Below the pieces are notes generated by a model that saw nothing but the letters and a program-made list of their open reading frames with translations, searched no databases and was not told the origin of the DNA. A DNA stretch of 64,000 nucleotides from an uncultured Cytophagia bacterium (GTDB lineage: Bacteria; Zhuqueibacterota; Zhuqueibacteria; Thermofontimicrobiales; Thermofontimicrobiaceae), in contig CAZYNP010000015.1 in the NCBI GenBank assembly GCA_964647995.1, positions 6,108-70,107 on the forward strand, given 5' to 3'. The stretch's first letter is position 1, and each line of letters begins with the position of its first letter. Shown here in pieces: positions 20,190 to 32,032 of the stretch. The position numbers were made by a program, and so were the translations under genes.

Positions 20190-21305
20190 TCAATGCGCGG
20201 CATATTCAGTCCCTTTCCAACGAATTCTTCGATTGAACAACAGCACGACGGCGAGGATCGTGACATAACACACCAAGAAAATTTTATATAGAACGAGATA
20301 TGGGTTCAGGCCGCGCTGCTTGAGCTTCTTGAGCGCGATGCTTACCAACATTTGATCGCTGAGCCAGAGAATAAGTCCCGCCAGAACGGCGACCGAATAT
20401 TGGCGCCAGCACACGATTAGACCCAGGATCGAAACCCATGCTGTGAGGCTGGTGACGACGAGCAGTTTTCCCCACCAGGAAACTGAACGGCCACCGATTG
20501 CCCACCGTTTGCGCTGGGAGAAGAAGTTGCGCCAGCCGCGTGTGGGCCGGGTGCGAACCAGTGTTTGGGGATGAATGGAGAATGCGATCTTCCACCGGGT
20601 TCGCCTGGCAATGCCTTTGAGCAGAGCAAAGTCCTCGGTTACGCTAAAACCAACGCCTGCATAACCCCCGATCTCGTCGTAGACGGACCGTCGCAGGGCA
20701 AAATTGTTGCCCATACAGGTGAGCGGCAGTCCCAGGCGGATCGATCCTGCCGCCACACCAAGCAGGTAGGCGGCATCCAGCAATTGCAGTTGGTCAAAGA
20801 GACCTGAGCCTGGTTCCGGTAAGGTAAAGCCGGCCACCACTCCGACCTCTTCCTCGAAATAGGCCATGGTTTGTCGTACCCATTGTGGCGGCACCACGCA
20901 ATCGGCATCGGTAATAAACAAAAATTCTCCAGTGGCGTTGGGAATGGCCTGCGAAATTGCGCTGGCTTTGCCTGATAACTGGGGCAGGGCTGCGGTAATG
21001 TGCTGATAGTGAAAAAAAGGTTTGTTGGCGATAAACCGCGTAATCAATTGCTGCGTTTCGTCTTCGGAGCGGTCGTTGATGATGATAATTTGCAGCAGCT
21101 TCCGGGGATAATCCAATTTAGATAACGATTCCAGGCAATTTAGAATATGCTCGGCTTCATTTCTGGCGGCAACGATGACGGAGACGGAACGTGTTGGGCT
21201 GGTTGGCTGCGGTTCTTTTCGAGCCAGATACAGGCCGAACAGCAATGAAAACGCCGCGTAGGATAGAATCGGCAAGCCGACAATGACCAATTCGATTGGA
21301 TCCAA
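20190..21305 (-). CDS. Family 2 glycosyltransferase (membrane-anchored)
   Basis: VSVIVAARNEAEHI..., DxD (ITDADCV) and C-terminal TM helices. The GT-A fold is typical of GT2. Confidence 0.8.
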   Translation of the reverse strand: MDPIELVIVGLPILSYAAFSLLFGLYLARKEPQPTSPTRSVSVIVAARNEAEHILNCLESLSKLDYPRKLLQIIIINDRSEDETQQLITRFIANKPFFHYQHITAALPQLSGKASAISQAIPNATGEFLFITDADCVVPPQWVRQTMAYFEEEVGVVAGFTLPEPGSGLFDQLQLLDAAYLLGVAAGSIRLGLPLTCMGNNFALRRSVYDEIGGYAGVGFSVTEDFALLKGIARRTRWKIAFSIHPQTLVRTRPTRGWRNFFSQRKRWAIGGRSVSWWGKLLVVTSLTAWVSILGLIVCWRQYSVAVLAGLILWLSDQMLVSIALKKLKQRGLNPYLVLYKIFLVCYVTILAVVLLFNRRIRWKGTEYAAH

Positions 21306-21307
21306 AA

Positions 21308-22135
21308 CTATTGCCCCTTATGAAAAGAATCCAGGATGATCTGCGTTTGCACCGATGTTTGTTGATAGAAAATTTTTAGGGGATAGCGGTAGCGGTCATT
21401 ACTAAAGTAAACCAATAGCTCCGAGCCCGGCGCGGTGAGGCGATTGGTCAACAGATCGGTTTTCCAGGGCCGGGATGTTCGTATTCCCGGAATGAATTTG
21501 AGTTGCAACGCAATAGCCTCAAAGCGGCCGGCCGGAACGCTGACGGGTTTTGGTTCTTTCAGTACCACCACCTCAACGTTAGATAGACGATACTCTGAAT
21601 CGAGATAGAATCGCAGCGTATCGTCCAGGATCAGTGGCTGAGTTCGCAGAAAGTAGAGCATCGAAAAGTAGTCGTAGCAGGGCTCAGGAATGGGCCAATT
21701 AAGAGAATCGTCGCAGGCTGCCTGTCGTTGTAAGTGATCGAATGTGATGGTTCGTTGATAAGCGACATTCTTCTGGCGGATGGTTTTATGAATTTTGACT
21801 GGCAGCAGGGTTTGCTGTTCCAGATCGATTTCGTAACGATTGTTCACCGAGAACAGCCAGGTGGCCGCGCCGGTGGATTTGGCAGTGATGTTGAGGTGAA
21901 AAAATTGAGGATGGTTGCGCTCATTGTCTGGCGCAACATAAAAATCCAATGTGGCCACCCTCAAATTAAGATACTCCATCTGGTAATGAAGTCGTTCGCC
22001 CTGGAACTGATCCAATGAGAGGGACGGTGGCGTCTCGGGCTGTGACCGGAGCCATGGCGCAGCCAGCAAAAACCAGATGAATGGCTGAACAACCAACTGC
22101 GGAAATTTAGCTTGGCGCATGGTGAAAATTGACAT
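21308..22135 (-). CDS. Secreted DUF3108-like protein
   Basis: Signal peptide, then FQGERLHYQMEYLNLRVATLDFYV, which resembles the conserved start of the DUF3108 family. The stop is 3 nt from the GT2 start. Confidence 0.4.
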   Translation of the reverse strand: MSIFTMRQAKFPQLVVQPFIWFLLAAPWLRSQPETPPSLSLDQFQGERLHYQMEYLNLRVATLDFYVAPDNERNHPQFFHLNITAKSTGAATWLFSVNNRYEIDLEQQTLLPVKIHKTIRQKNVAYQRTITFDHLQRQAACDDSLNWPIPEPCYDYFSMLYFLRTQPLILDDTLRFYLDSEYRLSNVEVVVLKEPKPVSVPAGRFEAIALQLKFIPGIRTSRPWKTDLLTNRLTAPGSELLVYFSNDRYRYPLKIFYQQTSVQTQIILDSFHKGQ

Positions 22136-22288
22136 TAAGATTCATAGTCGCCGCTTCCATTTCCCCGCCAGATTATGGAACCATTGCGGCATCCTCGGTA
22201 TTGGCGATATTTTCGTCGTTCCCCCCAGGGACTGATTCCATCACTGCAACGGTGATGGAATCAATCCCCAATAATTGGGCAATAGGTG

Positions 22289-23557
<1,269 letters not shown>

Positions 23558-23713
23558 CTATCAGGATCAATTGCGAATAGCGACAGCTTGCCCGAAATCG
23601 GGCGGGATTATGGCTGTTGCTATGCTGTGACAAAAATTATTTACCAAAAACACCAGATATCTCCTGGAAATTGGCGTCAAGCGATCAGTGCCTACGCCAA
23701 CTGGAATCGGGAA

Positions 23714-24847
23714 TTACCTGGCCAGTACTTCCACCATATCGTTCTTCTCCCAGGTGAAGGTCGGCTCTAACCGGCCAAAATGACCATAAGCTGCGGTTTT
23801 GCGATAGATGGGGCGTCGCAATTGCAGCCGCTCGATAATTCCTTTGGGCGTTAAATCAAAATGTTTGCGAATGAGCTTTTCAATTTCAGCATCGGGAATC
23901 ACGCCGGTGCCATGGGTGTCCACCATAAGCGATACTGGTTCGGCCACGCCAATCGCATAGGCCACCTGAATCGTGCACTTCTCGGCTAATTTGGCGGCCA
24001 CAATGTTCTTGGCGACATGCCGCGCAGCGTAACTGGCAGAACGGTCGACTTTCGTCGGGTCTTTGCCTGAAAAGGCTCCGCCACCGTGCGGCGCATAGCC
24101 ACCGTAGGTGTCCACGATAATTTTGCGACCCGTCAATCCGGTGTCGCCCTGGGGACCGCCCACCACGAACCGGCCAGTGGGATTGATGTGATATACAATT
24201 TCATGATCGTTGACCATATTCGGCGGCAACACCGGTTTGATGACATGATGAATGATTTCGTTGCGCAAATCCACCAGTTTCACATCGGGGTCATGCTGAG
24301 CGGCAATGACTACCGTGTCCACCCATTTGGGCTGGCCGTTCTCGTATTGAATGGTAACCTGCGATTTGCCATCCGGCCGCAAGAAGGGCAGAATATTTTT
24401 CTTGCGAACCTCGGACAGGCGCTTGGTGAGTTTGTGAGCCAACAGGATGGGCAACGGCATCAATTCCTCGGTTTCATTGGTGGCAAAGCCGAACATCATC
24501 CCCTGATCACCAGCACCGTCACGATCCACCCCCATGGCAATGTCCGGCGATTGCTGATCGATGGTGGTCAGGATACCGCAAGTTTCCCAATCAAAACCAT
24601 AACTGGCATCAATATAGCCAATATCGCGAACCACCTCGCGAACCACCTTCGGAATGTCCACATAACATTTGGTGCTAATTTCACCGCCCACGATGGCCAG
24701 CCCGGTCGTCACAAACGTTTCACAGGCGACCCGCCCCATTGGATCTTCGGCGAAAATTGCATCCAGCACTGCATCAGATATTTGATCGGCCATCTTGTCG
24801 GGATGGCCTTCAGTCACCGATTCGGATGTAAAATAATATGATTTCAT
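23714..24847 (-). CDS. metK: S-adenosylmethionine synthetase
   Basis: [25 protein letters not shown]..., [19 protein letters not shown]; full-length at 377 aa. Confidence 0.95.
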   Translation of the reverse strand: MKSYYFTSESVTEGHPDKMADQISDAVLDAIFAEDPMGRVACETFVTTGLAIVGGEISTKCYVDIPKVVREVVRDIGYIDASYGFDWETCGILTTIDQQSPDIAMGVDRDGAGDQGMMFGFATNETEELMPLPILLAHKLTKRLSEVRKKNILPFLRPDGKSQVTIQYENGQPKWVDTVVIAAQHDPDVKLVDLRNEIIHHVIKPVLPPNMVNDHEIVYHINPTGRFVVGGPQGDTGLTGRKIIVDTYGGYAPHGGGAFSGKDPTKVDRSASYAARHVAKNIVAAKLAEKCTIQVAYAIGVAEPVSLMVDTHGTGVIPDAEIEKLIRKHFDLTPKGIIERLQLRRPIYRKTAAYGHFGRLEPTFTWEKNDMVEVLAR

Positions 24848-25153
24848 TGTTAGACTCCTATTTAAGATTTCTCAATTTGAGTAGTTAGGTTCGATATTCA
24901 TAATCCATTGTGATCCACCGTTGGTTGCGATTTGGCGCGGCAGCCATGACCGAGTTGGTGCCGGTTCTTTCACCCACTGGTTCGTCCCTTTCGCCAGCCC
25001 ACCTCGCAATGACCAATCAATTGCACCAGTCGATGGGTGAAAAATAAAAAAAATGCTCTTGCCAAACCTGGTAGCTCGCCTGGCGAACAGCGCCGGATTT
25101 TGAATGGCACTTCCTGATAATACCTCAGCGCTAAACCATCCGCCGGCGGGAAC

Positions 25154-26068
25154 TCACCGATTCAACCATGCGATCAGTTTTCGATGCAGGGGCTCATTGC
25201 TGGCGGCTACGCAGGACAGGATGGTATTGCCCATGAGCGGCATATTTTCCAATGAATTGCCAAGGTCATCGGAGAGAACGCAGCCCGCCTCTTTGGCGAT
25301 AACGTAGGCGGCTGCAATGTCATACGCAAATAAACCGATGGTTGGTTGATGATTCGGAAGCTGTGGAGCGGGTTGGTTTTGCGCCACCGCTTTCGCCGTC
25401 CTCCCAGAAATCTCAACATACGCATCCAACTGTCCACTGACAATTCGAGTCAATGCGAAAGAAGAGCAGTTGAAAATGAAAACGCCACCTTTGTAGGACG
25501 ATTGATCGATCAGGCCGGCTAGCTCGCCGATAACTTGCGAGGCCGGGCGGCCAACGATTTCAAAACACCATCGCAAATGATCGAGGCGCTGATTCGACGA
25601 GAGATTCACTTTCAGAAACGGATCTGAACTCTGAATGAGCACCCCCTGGTCCGCCGCGGCATAAAAAAGATTGCCCGTTTTCAATTCCAGCACCACGGCA
25701 TGAGACAGATCTTTAAATGTCGCATGATCATGATAGGGGCAATAGGCAATGGATACAGCGGCTGATTCAAAGCCGCTGAACGCCGGCCGGGTGCCATCAA
25801 TCGGATCGATAATCAGCAAGCCGGTTGGTGAATTGGCCGGCCGCACCAGCCCGCGATCCTCCGTGTAATAAGCCAGGTCGAGCGGGTGTGCTTCAAAAAA
25901 ATCGGCAATTTCCTTTTCCGCCAGCACGTCGATGCGAAAGGTCGCATCGCCGCTGTAAGCCACTCCATCCACCTCGCGCGCAGTAGCCGTGCCCAAATAG
26001 GGATAAATTCGCCGCCGGATCGCATGCGCCAGAGCGATGAGCCAGTGCTGAATGTCTCGGTCAATCAT
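25154..26068 (-). CDS. Inositol monophosphatase / FBPase-family phosphatase (SuhB/CysQ-like)
   Basis: IDPIDGT metal-binding motif (LLIIDPIDGTRPAF) and the overall ~300-aa length. Confidence 0.7.
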   Translation of the reverse strand: MIDRDIQHWLIALAHAIRRRIYPYLGTATAREVDGVAYSGDATFRIDVLAEKEIADFFEAHPLDLAYYTEDRGLVRPANSPTGLLIIDPIDGTRPAFSGFESAAVSIAYCPYHDHATFKDLSHAVVLELKTGNLFYAAADQGVLIQSSDPFLKVNLSSNQRLDHLRWCFEIVGRPASQVIGELAGLIDQSSYKGGVFIFNCSSFALTRIVSGQLDAYVEISGRTAKAVAQNQPAPQLPNHQPTIGLFAYDIAAAYVIAKEAGCVLSDDLGNSLENMPLMGNTILSCVAASNEPLHRKLIAWLNR

Positions 26069-27116
26069 GAATGGCTCGCAGTCGATCTTTTAACGTTTGA
26101 ATTTTCTCGATCGTCGTTGGATCGAGGTCATTGAAAATAGCCAGATAGTAACTCACCATATCACCCAGATAGATCAGTGAAAAAATCCGCGCCAGTCGTG
26201 AATGGCCTTCGGAGAAGATTTCGATGATTGGCCCGCAGAGCGGTTCCAGAATTGCGCGCGTGATTTCCATGCGTCGCTGAATCCGAAGATGATCCCGATG
26301 ATCGCGTAGATAGATAATCTGGAAATTATGGAACAGCTCCGGACGTCGCTCCCAGCCAACAATTTCATTATGATTTAGTTCCGGAAAAACATTCTGGAAT
26401 GCCAGTACCTTAGAATTTTCGGAGAACTGGCCTTTCCACCGCGCGGCTACGGCCTGCAGCATCTCCACCGAGCTATACAAAATCGGTATTTTATCGATCA
26501 GTTTCTGGGCCAGCGCCATCGCCCGATTGTTGTCAATACCTGGCGCATATTGATTGGCCTTGTCGATCAAAAGCTGAGCCGTTTCCTCGAGATCGATCAT
26601 ATCGTGCGGCACAATCCCCGACCGCTTCAAGAATACCAGAATCGGGATGCTCAAGTAGGCCAGCGCGGTGCGCGGGGGATTGCCCCCAGGAATCGCAATG
26701 AACGGCACCCCATCCCGCCGGGCACGGGCGGCCAATTCGCCCCCTGACGTAATGCAAATGAGATTGGCAAGTCGGGCCTTTGCTTCTTCATAACAACTCA
26801 GTGACTCCTCGGTGTTGCCCGAATAGCTGGAAACGATGACCAGCGAGTGCTGATTCGTATACGGCGGCAAAGCATAGTGACGAACCACGGCCGCCGGAAC
26901 TTTCAATTGGTTTCCCAGGCTGGCAATGATCAGATCCCCGCCGATGGCGGAGCCACCCATGCCCGCGAAAACAATATGGTGCAATCGCGACGGGGCGCAA
27001 CTATAATCGAATGATTCCCCAATTTGACGCGCTTGCTGAAATTGCCTGGGAAACGAAGTTAATAACTCCAGCATGTTAGACCGATCCAAACGATGGATAT
27101 TTATAAGTGCAGCCAT
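26061..27116 (-). CDS. Bifunctional phosphoglucose/phosphomannose isomerase (SIS-domain, archaeal-type PGI/PMI)
   Basis: GMGGSAIGGDL motif in a two-SIS-domain, ~350-aa architecture. Confidence 0.65.
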   Translation of the reverse strand: MAALINIHRLDRSNMLELLTSFPRQFQQARQIGESFDYSCAPSRLHHIVFAGMGGSAIGGDLIIASLGNQLKVPAAVVRHYALPPYTNQHSLVIVSSYSGNTEESLSCYEEAKARLANLICITSGGELAARARRDGVPFIAIPGGNPPRTALAYLSIPILVFLKRSGIVPHDMIDLEETAQLLIDKANQYAPGIDNNRAMALAQKLIDKIPILYSSVEMLQAVAARWKGQFSENSKVLAFQNVFPELNHNEIVGWERRPELFHNFQIIYLRDHRDHLRIQRRMEITRAILEPLCGPIIEIFSEGHSRLARIFSLIYLGDMVSYYLAIFNDLDPTTIEKIQTLKDRLRAIHD

Positions 27117-27133
27117 ATCGCCTCGCGTAAAAA

Positions 27134-28921
27134 TTAAATAATTTTTTGCTTGAACCGGGAGGCCATCACATTGCGCATATAGGTCTCCACCTGCTCGGAG
27201 GTTTTCTTCTCGAGGGCTTTGAGCGCGATTTTTTGGGCCTCCTCGAAGGTGGTTGAACGGATGATGTTTTTGATTTCGGGCAGCATCGATGGGCTGACGC
27301 TCAATTCATCCAGGTCCAATCCCACCAAAATCAACGTCGCCAGGGGATCGGCAGCCATCTCGCCGCACATGCCCACCCAAACTCCTTTTTCGTGTCCGGC
27401 ATCGACCACATTCTTGATAATTCGCAGCACCGCAGGCGGCAGGCGTTTGTACAGATGCGCCACCCGCGTATTGCCGCGATCCACAGCCAGAGTGTACTGA
27501 ATAAGATCATTGGTGCCAATGCTTAGAAAGTCCACTTCTTCGGCAATTTCTTTGGCCATGATGGCGGCAGACGGCACCTCGATCATCGCTCCCAGTTCGA
27601 TGGCATCGTCAAACGAAATCCGCTGATTTTTTAATTCCGATTTCACCTGCTCCAGAATCGCTTTGGCGCGATAGATCTCTTCCAGATGCGAGATCATGGG
27701 CAGCAGGATTTTGATATTGCCGATAACGCTGGCCCGCAAAATAGCTCGCAGTTGCCGCTTGAACAGGTCGACGTGCTCCAGGCACAGACGAATGGCGCGC
27801 CAGCCCAAAAATGGATTATCTTCCTGCGGAATCTGAATACAGCGGGGATTTTTATCACCCCCAATGTCCAGCGTGCGGATAATCACCGGGTAGGGGCTCA
27901 CCTTTTCGGCAACTTTATAGTACTCCTGGAACTCTTCCTCCTCATCGGGTAGTTCCGGTCGGGCCAAGTATAGATTTTCGGTGCGAAACAAGCCAATGCC
28001 GCGCGCGCCATAGGTTATGATCGAATTGATTTCGGCCGCAAACTCAAGGTTGGCGGAAAGCTCGATGTCTTTGCCATCCAGGGTTCGACTGGGCAAGTCG
28101 CGGATCTTGGACAGCTCTTTGGTGAGCTCATGATATTCATCGCGCAGCCGGATGTATTTTTGCAACTCCTGGGCGGAGGGATGGATTATCACCAGCCCGT
28201 GATTGCCGTCCACAATGACCGAATCACCCGTTTGAACCAGACTGCTAATCTGCTTCAATCCAACCACCGAGGGAATTTCCAGCGAGCGGGCCATGATGGC
28301 AGCGTGAGATGTCTTGCCACCCAGGTCGGTGACGAATGCCAATACCTTGGCGCGATCCAGGAGCACGGTATCCGACGGTGTCAAATCCGGCGCCACGATG
28401 ACGGCCGGCGTGTTAATGCCGTTCAGATAGCGCGGTTCTTTGCCCTGAATATGGCGTATCAGGCGCCGCTTCACGTCCTTGATGTCCGCCAGGCGACCGA
28501 CAAAATATTCGTTATCCACCTCTTCCAGCGAATTTTGGAATTGTTGCAGCACCTGGTAATAGGCAAAATCGGCGTTCTTGTATTCAAATTGGATTTTATG
28601 GATCGTTTCTTCATTGATGACCTGGTCGTTGAGCAGCAATTGATGCGCATCAAAGATTCGAGCGCCTTCTTTGCCCATCCGCTGGCGAGCTTGGGCTTGA
28701 ATTTCCGCCAATTCTTTTTGGGTTAATTCGATCGCGTGTTGGAATTTTTTGACTTCTGCGTTCACTGCTTCTGGCGGGATGCGCCGTTCTTCAACCTTCA
28801 CCACATCGCCGGTGAGCAGGAACGCTTTTCCGATGACAATGCCTGGTGCTGCTGCAATCCCCCTCAAACGGATCATTCGTTTGGGACTCTTTTTGCCAGT
28901 CATCTTTGCATCATTCTTCAT
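27134..28921 (-). CDS. ptsI: PTS Enzyme I (phosphoenolpyruvate-protein phosphotransferase)
   Basis: 595 aa. Contains the phosphohistidine domain and the PEP-utilizer C-terminal motifs (MIEVPSAA, GTNDLIQY). Confidence 0.9.
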   Translation of the reverse strand: MKNDAKMTGKKSPKRMIRLRGIAAAPGIVIGKAFLLTGDVVKVEERRIPPEAVNAEVKKFQHAIELTQKELAEIQAQARQRMGKEGARIFDAHQLLLNDQVINEETIHKIQFEYKNADFAYYQVLQQFQNSLEEVDNEYFVGRLADIKDVKRRLIRHIQGKEPRYLNGINTPAVIVAPDLTPSDTVLLDRAKVLAFVTDLGGKTSHAAIMARSLEIPSVVGLKQISSLVQTGDSVIVDGNHGLVIIHPSAQELQKYIRLRDEYHELTKELSKIRDLPSRTLDGKDIELSANLEFAAEINSIITYGARGIGLFRTENLYLARPELPDEEEEFQEYYKVAEKVSPYPVIIRTLDIGGDKNPRCIQIPQEDNPFLGWRAIRLCLEHVDLFKRQLRAILRASVIGNIKILLPMISHLEEIYRAKAILEQVKSELKNQRISFDDAIELGAMIEVPSAAIMAKEIAEEVDFLSIGTNDLIQYTLAVDRGNTRVAHLYKRLPPAVLRIIKNVVDAGHEKGVWVGMCGEMAADPLATLILVGLDLDELSVSPSMLPEIKNIIRSTTFEEAQKIALKALEKKTSEQVETYMRNVMASRFKQKII

Positions 28922-29177
28922 AAAATTTATTATTGATTAAATCGACAAGCGCGGCCATCGCCTGTTCCTGATCATCGCCGTGGACCTTAATAACCAAATT
29001 GCTGCCCTTTTCTGCTGCCAGCATCATCACCCCCATAATGCTTTTGCCATTGACCTCGCGGTTGTTCTTGGCCACATAAACATCCGACTTAAACTTGGAA
29101 GCAATTTTGACAAATTGCGCCGCGGGTCTGGCGTGAAGTCCTAGCGAATTTAAAATTGTCACTGTTTGTATAAGCAC
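28911..29177 (-). CDS. ptsH: Phosphocarrier protein HPr
   Basis: 88 aa. ILNSLGLHARPAAQFV carries the active-site His (the region whose Ser is phosphorylated). Confidence 0.85.
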   Translation of the reverse strand: MLIQTVTILNSLGLHARPAAQFVKIASKFKSDVYVAKNNREVNGKSIMGVMMLAAEKGSNLVIKVHGDDQEQAMAALVDLINNKFYEE

Positions 29178-29178
29178 G

Positions 29179-29931
29179 CTATATCATCAACCCAATAATA
29201 ATTGCACTCATGATTACAATCACTACCAACATATCAACGCTTAACCGGGTTTTGCGCAGCATCATGGCAGAAATGATCATTGCTGCGGCAAACGCCACCG
29301 GTCCAGCCAACGATGATTCCTGCTGATAACTTTTGGCGGCAACGATGGCTATTCCGCCACCAAACAATATGCTGAACAAATATTTCATTATCTGAAAATA
29401 TTTCTTCGTGCCGCGCAAGGATAGTTCGCGCACAATATCGAATCCTTTGGCAAAGCCACTGAATATTCCTCGAATTCGGATCGAGAAATGCAGCAGATTG
29501 TACAAAATAAAAAAGATGATTGCGCCACACCAGCCACACACCAACAGCAAGACCACTCCCAATAGACCACAGGCTGGCCGAATGAGCTGCCAGAACAACG
29601 TATCGCCGATCGCGCCCAGTGGGCCGACGATGCGGGTCTTAAATAATGAGATCGATCGGGTATCCTCCCAGCCGCGCAGCAGGGCCTGTTGCTCGATTGC
29701 AGCAATGGCCCCCAGCGCATACGGTGCCAGATAGGGATGTGAATTGAAAAAATCCAGATGGCGCTGCATGAAAAAGCTAATGCTCTTGCGATCTCGAAAC
29801 AGCCGCCGGGCCACGGGAATCAGACAAAAGCCGAAGCCCAGGCCCAACAATCGTTCGGCATTCCAGGCACTCTGAATATAGAACGACCGCAGCAAAATTT
29901 TCAGCAAATCTATTTTACGAATCTGGCCCAT
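29179..29931 (-). CDS. PTS mannose/fructose/sorbose-family IID component
   Basis: SAWNAERLLGLGFGF and the overall hydropathy fit IID. The start is moved to the internal Met (MGQIRKIDLL...) so it abuts IIC without a long overlap. Confidence 0.65.
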   Translation of the reverse strand: MGQIRKIDLLKILLRSFYIQSAWNAERLLGLGFGFCLIPVARRLFRDRKSISFFMQRHLDFFNSHPYLAPYALGAIAAIEQQALLRGWEDTRSISLFKTRIVGPLGAIGDTLFWQLIRPACGLLGVVLLLVCGWCGAIIFFILYNLLHFSIRIRGIFSGFAKGFDIVRELSLRGTKKYFQIMKYLFSILFGGGIAIVAAKSYQQESSLAGPVAFAAAMIISAMMLRKTRLSVDMLVVIVIMSAIIIGLMI

Positions 29932-29951
29932 GCGTAACTCATCGTCTTCTG

Positions 29952-30668
29952 CTAAAAAACATAGATGCCAACCAGCGCCGCGGCGCTTAGTGCGAACCCC
30001 AGCGCAGCGTACCATCTGGTCTCGCTGGTTATAAACATGGTGCCGACCACGCCAAAACCAACCCCCAACATGGCATAACGAGCCAGACCAAACGCAGAAT
30101 CAAACGTTGGGTGAATGAACCTGGCCAAAGGCTTCAGAATCAGCCAGCCAAGTCCAAAACCAAAACCTACCAGGATGAAGCCCAGGAAAAATGCCTGGAT
30201 CAGTCCAACCGTATTGAGCCAGGTGATCTTGCCCAAATTGGCCTCACTGGCTGCAATGTCGGCGGCATACATGAGCCTCAAGTTGGTTCGCCGCATAAAA
30301 TCCACCAGGTGATTTCCCAAAAAACTGACAAATAAGCTATACAAAATCGAAATGATGATGATAATATTTTCAGTACTTGCCTGGTCGGCCAACAAATAAA
30401 TGCTCAATGCGGTTGCCGTCACTGCCCCCAGATTGGCCTCAGAGCTGTGACGTCCACCAGTCGGGATAACGATCAACCAGGGCAATTCCAGCAAACTGCC
30501 CATGACGACGCCCAGTTCCAGATGTCCCAGGACAAGCCCCACCAGCGGACAGGCGATAATGGGTTGGGATACCATCACCTGCCATCCAGCCGCAATGTCG
30601 ATGGATACCACGCCCCCAATCACACAGATGAGCAATAAATCCGGGAAGAATTCCATACTGCTACGCAA
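29952..30668 (-). CDS. PTS mannose-family IIC component
   Basis: 238-aa polytopic membrane protein immediately upstream of IID. The length and Gly-rich TM pattern fit the ManY/IIC family. Confidence 0.6.
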   Translation of the reverse strand: MRSSMEFFPDLLLICVIGGVVSIDIAAGWQVMVSQPIIACPLVGLVLGHLELGVVMGSLLELPWLIVIPTGGRHSSEANLGAVTATALSIYLLADQASTENIIIIISILYSLFVSFLGNHLVDFMRRTNLRLMYAADIAASEANLGKITWLNTVGLIQAFFLGFILVGFGFGLGWLILKPLARFIHPTFDSAFGLARYAMLGVGFGVVGTMFITSETRWYAALGFALSAAALVGIYVF

Positions 30669-30930
30669 TAGTTTGACAATTTTTGGCTCGAAGTCAGTAA
30701 TGTTGAACGATGCCTGAGCGCATTCGAAATACCGCCTCTGCCGTTAAATTTGCTAATGGCACCCACTTGAATATCGATAAAATTAATTCGCCGATTTTCA
30801 TCCACCAATTGGCGAACGGCCAGGGCCTTCTCAAAGCGAACGATGCGTTGAAGCGATTCCTCTCAATGCCCGCATTGCCAGGTGCTACTTCGCTGATAAT
30901 TAGCCGGCCCGGTTTCCCGGGCGCGGGTGA

Positions 30931-31902
30931 TCAGAATTTACGCTCATTTAGCCAGCGACAAAGCATTGCCAGGTCATCACGCGAAATTGAAGCTGGCAGT
31001 TGTTGCAGCAGCGACTGAGCCCGATTGAAGCGGGTGGCAACTTCCTGCCGCGCATATTGTAGCGTGCCATTGTCTTCAAACAGTTGCCGTACCGCGATAA
31101 CATCTGCTGCCTCAATCGAGTCCTGATGAAATATGTCCATGATCTTTGCCTTCATCGATGCCGATGCGGTGCCCATGGCATGGATAAACAGGAACGTCCG
31201 TTTTTTCTGCTTGATGTCGCTGCCAAATGTCTTGCGCGAGGTCATTTCCATGTCCAGCAGATCATCCTGAATCTGGAACGCGTTGCCCAGCTCGCGCGCA
31301 AATTCTCGCAGCAGATGTTGTTGTTCGGCACTACCACCACCGAGAATTGCGCCGATTTCCGTGGCTACCATCAGCAATCGTGCCGTCTTTTTTTCGATCA
31401 TAACCAGATATTCATCCAGATTGATATCCAGCCGGCTTTCAAATTCTTTGTCCAGCGCTTGCCCCTCGCACAGCTCGATGATACCTTGAGTGAAAATCGT
31501 GGCAATCTCCTGAATGCGATTTGATTTGCTGTTCAGCAAATACTGATACGCCAGCCCCACCAGCCCATCGCCCACCAGGATGGCCGTTGCCTCGTCCCAT
31601 TTTTTATGAACGGTTGGTCGCCCGCGGCGCAGATCATCCTGATCCATGATGTCATCATGAACCAGGGTAAAATTGTGCAGAATTTCCACCGCAATGGACG
31701 CATCCAGGGCATTGCTGACGTTACCGCCGACCGACTGGCAGGCGAGCAGTAGCAAGATCGGGCGAATCCTTTTGCCCTCACTGTCCATGATATATTCAAC
31801 CGGTTCATAAAAAGACCGAGGCTGCTGTTTGGTAGCCACTTGTTTCAGGCGTTCCTGAACCAGGTCCCGGTAATATTGCATTCGTGATTCAAACGTCTTC
31901 AC
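30931..31902 (-). CDS. Polyprenyl diphosphate synthase (trans-isoprenyl diphosphate synthase family)
   Basis: First Asp-rich motif LVHDDIMDQDDLRRG and second motif FQIQDDLLD. Confidence 0.85.
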   Translation of the reverse strand: MKTFESRMQYYRDLVQERLKQVATKQQPRSFYEPVEYIMDSEGKRIRPILLLLACQSVGGNVSNALDASIAVEILHNFTLVHDDIMDQDDLRRGRPTVHKKWDEATAILVGDGLVGLAYQYLLNSKSNRIQEIATIFTQGIIELCEGQALDKEFESRLDINLDEYLVMIEKKTARLLMVATEIGAILGGGSAEQQHLLREFARELGNAFQIQDDLLDMEMTSRKTFGSDIKQKKRTFLFIHAMGTASASMKAKIMDIFHQDSIEAADVIAVRQLFEDNGTLQYARQEVATRFNRAQSLLQQLPASISRDDLAMLCRWLNERKF

Positions 31903-32032
31903 CAGATGCTCCTAAATTGAAAAAAAGGCATCTGCCTGGCGATGCCTGTCCTTAAAAAAAATGGTGCGCTAAAAATAATAAAGTTTCGCGTGAGAATCAA
32001 GTAAAACTTTTTGAATTTTAAAATATTGGCAG

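Noticed and set aside
24086-24841. 251-aa ORF antisense within metK
   Set aside because: It overlaps a highly conserved, full-length metK on the opposite strand and has no recognisable motif.
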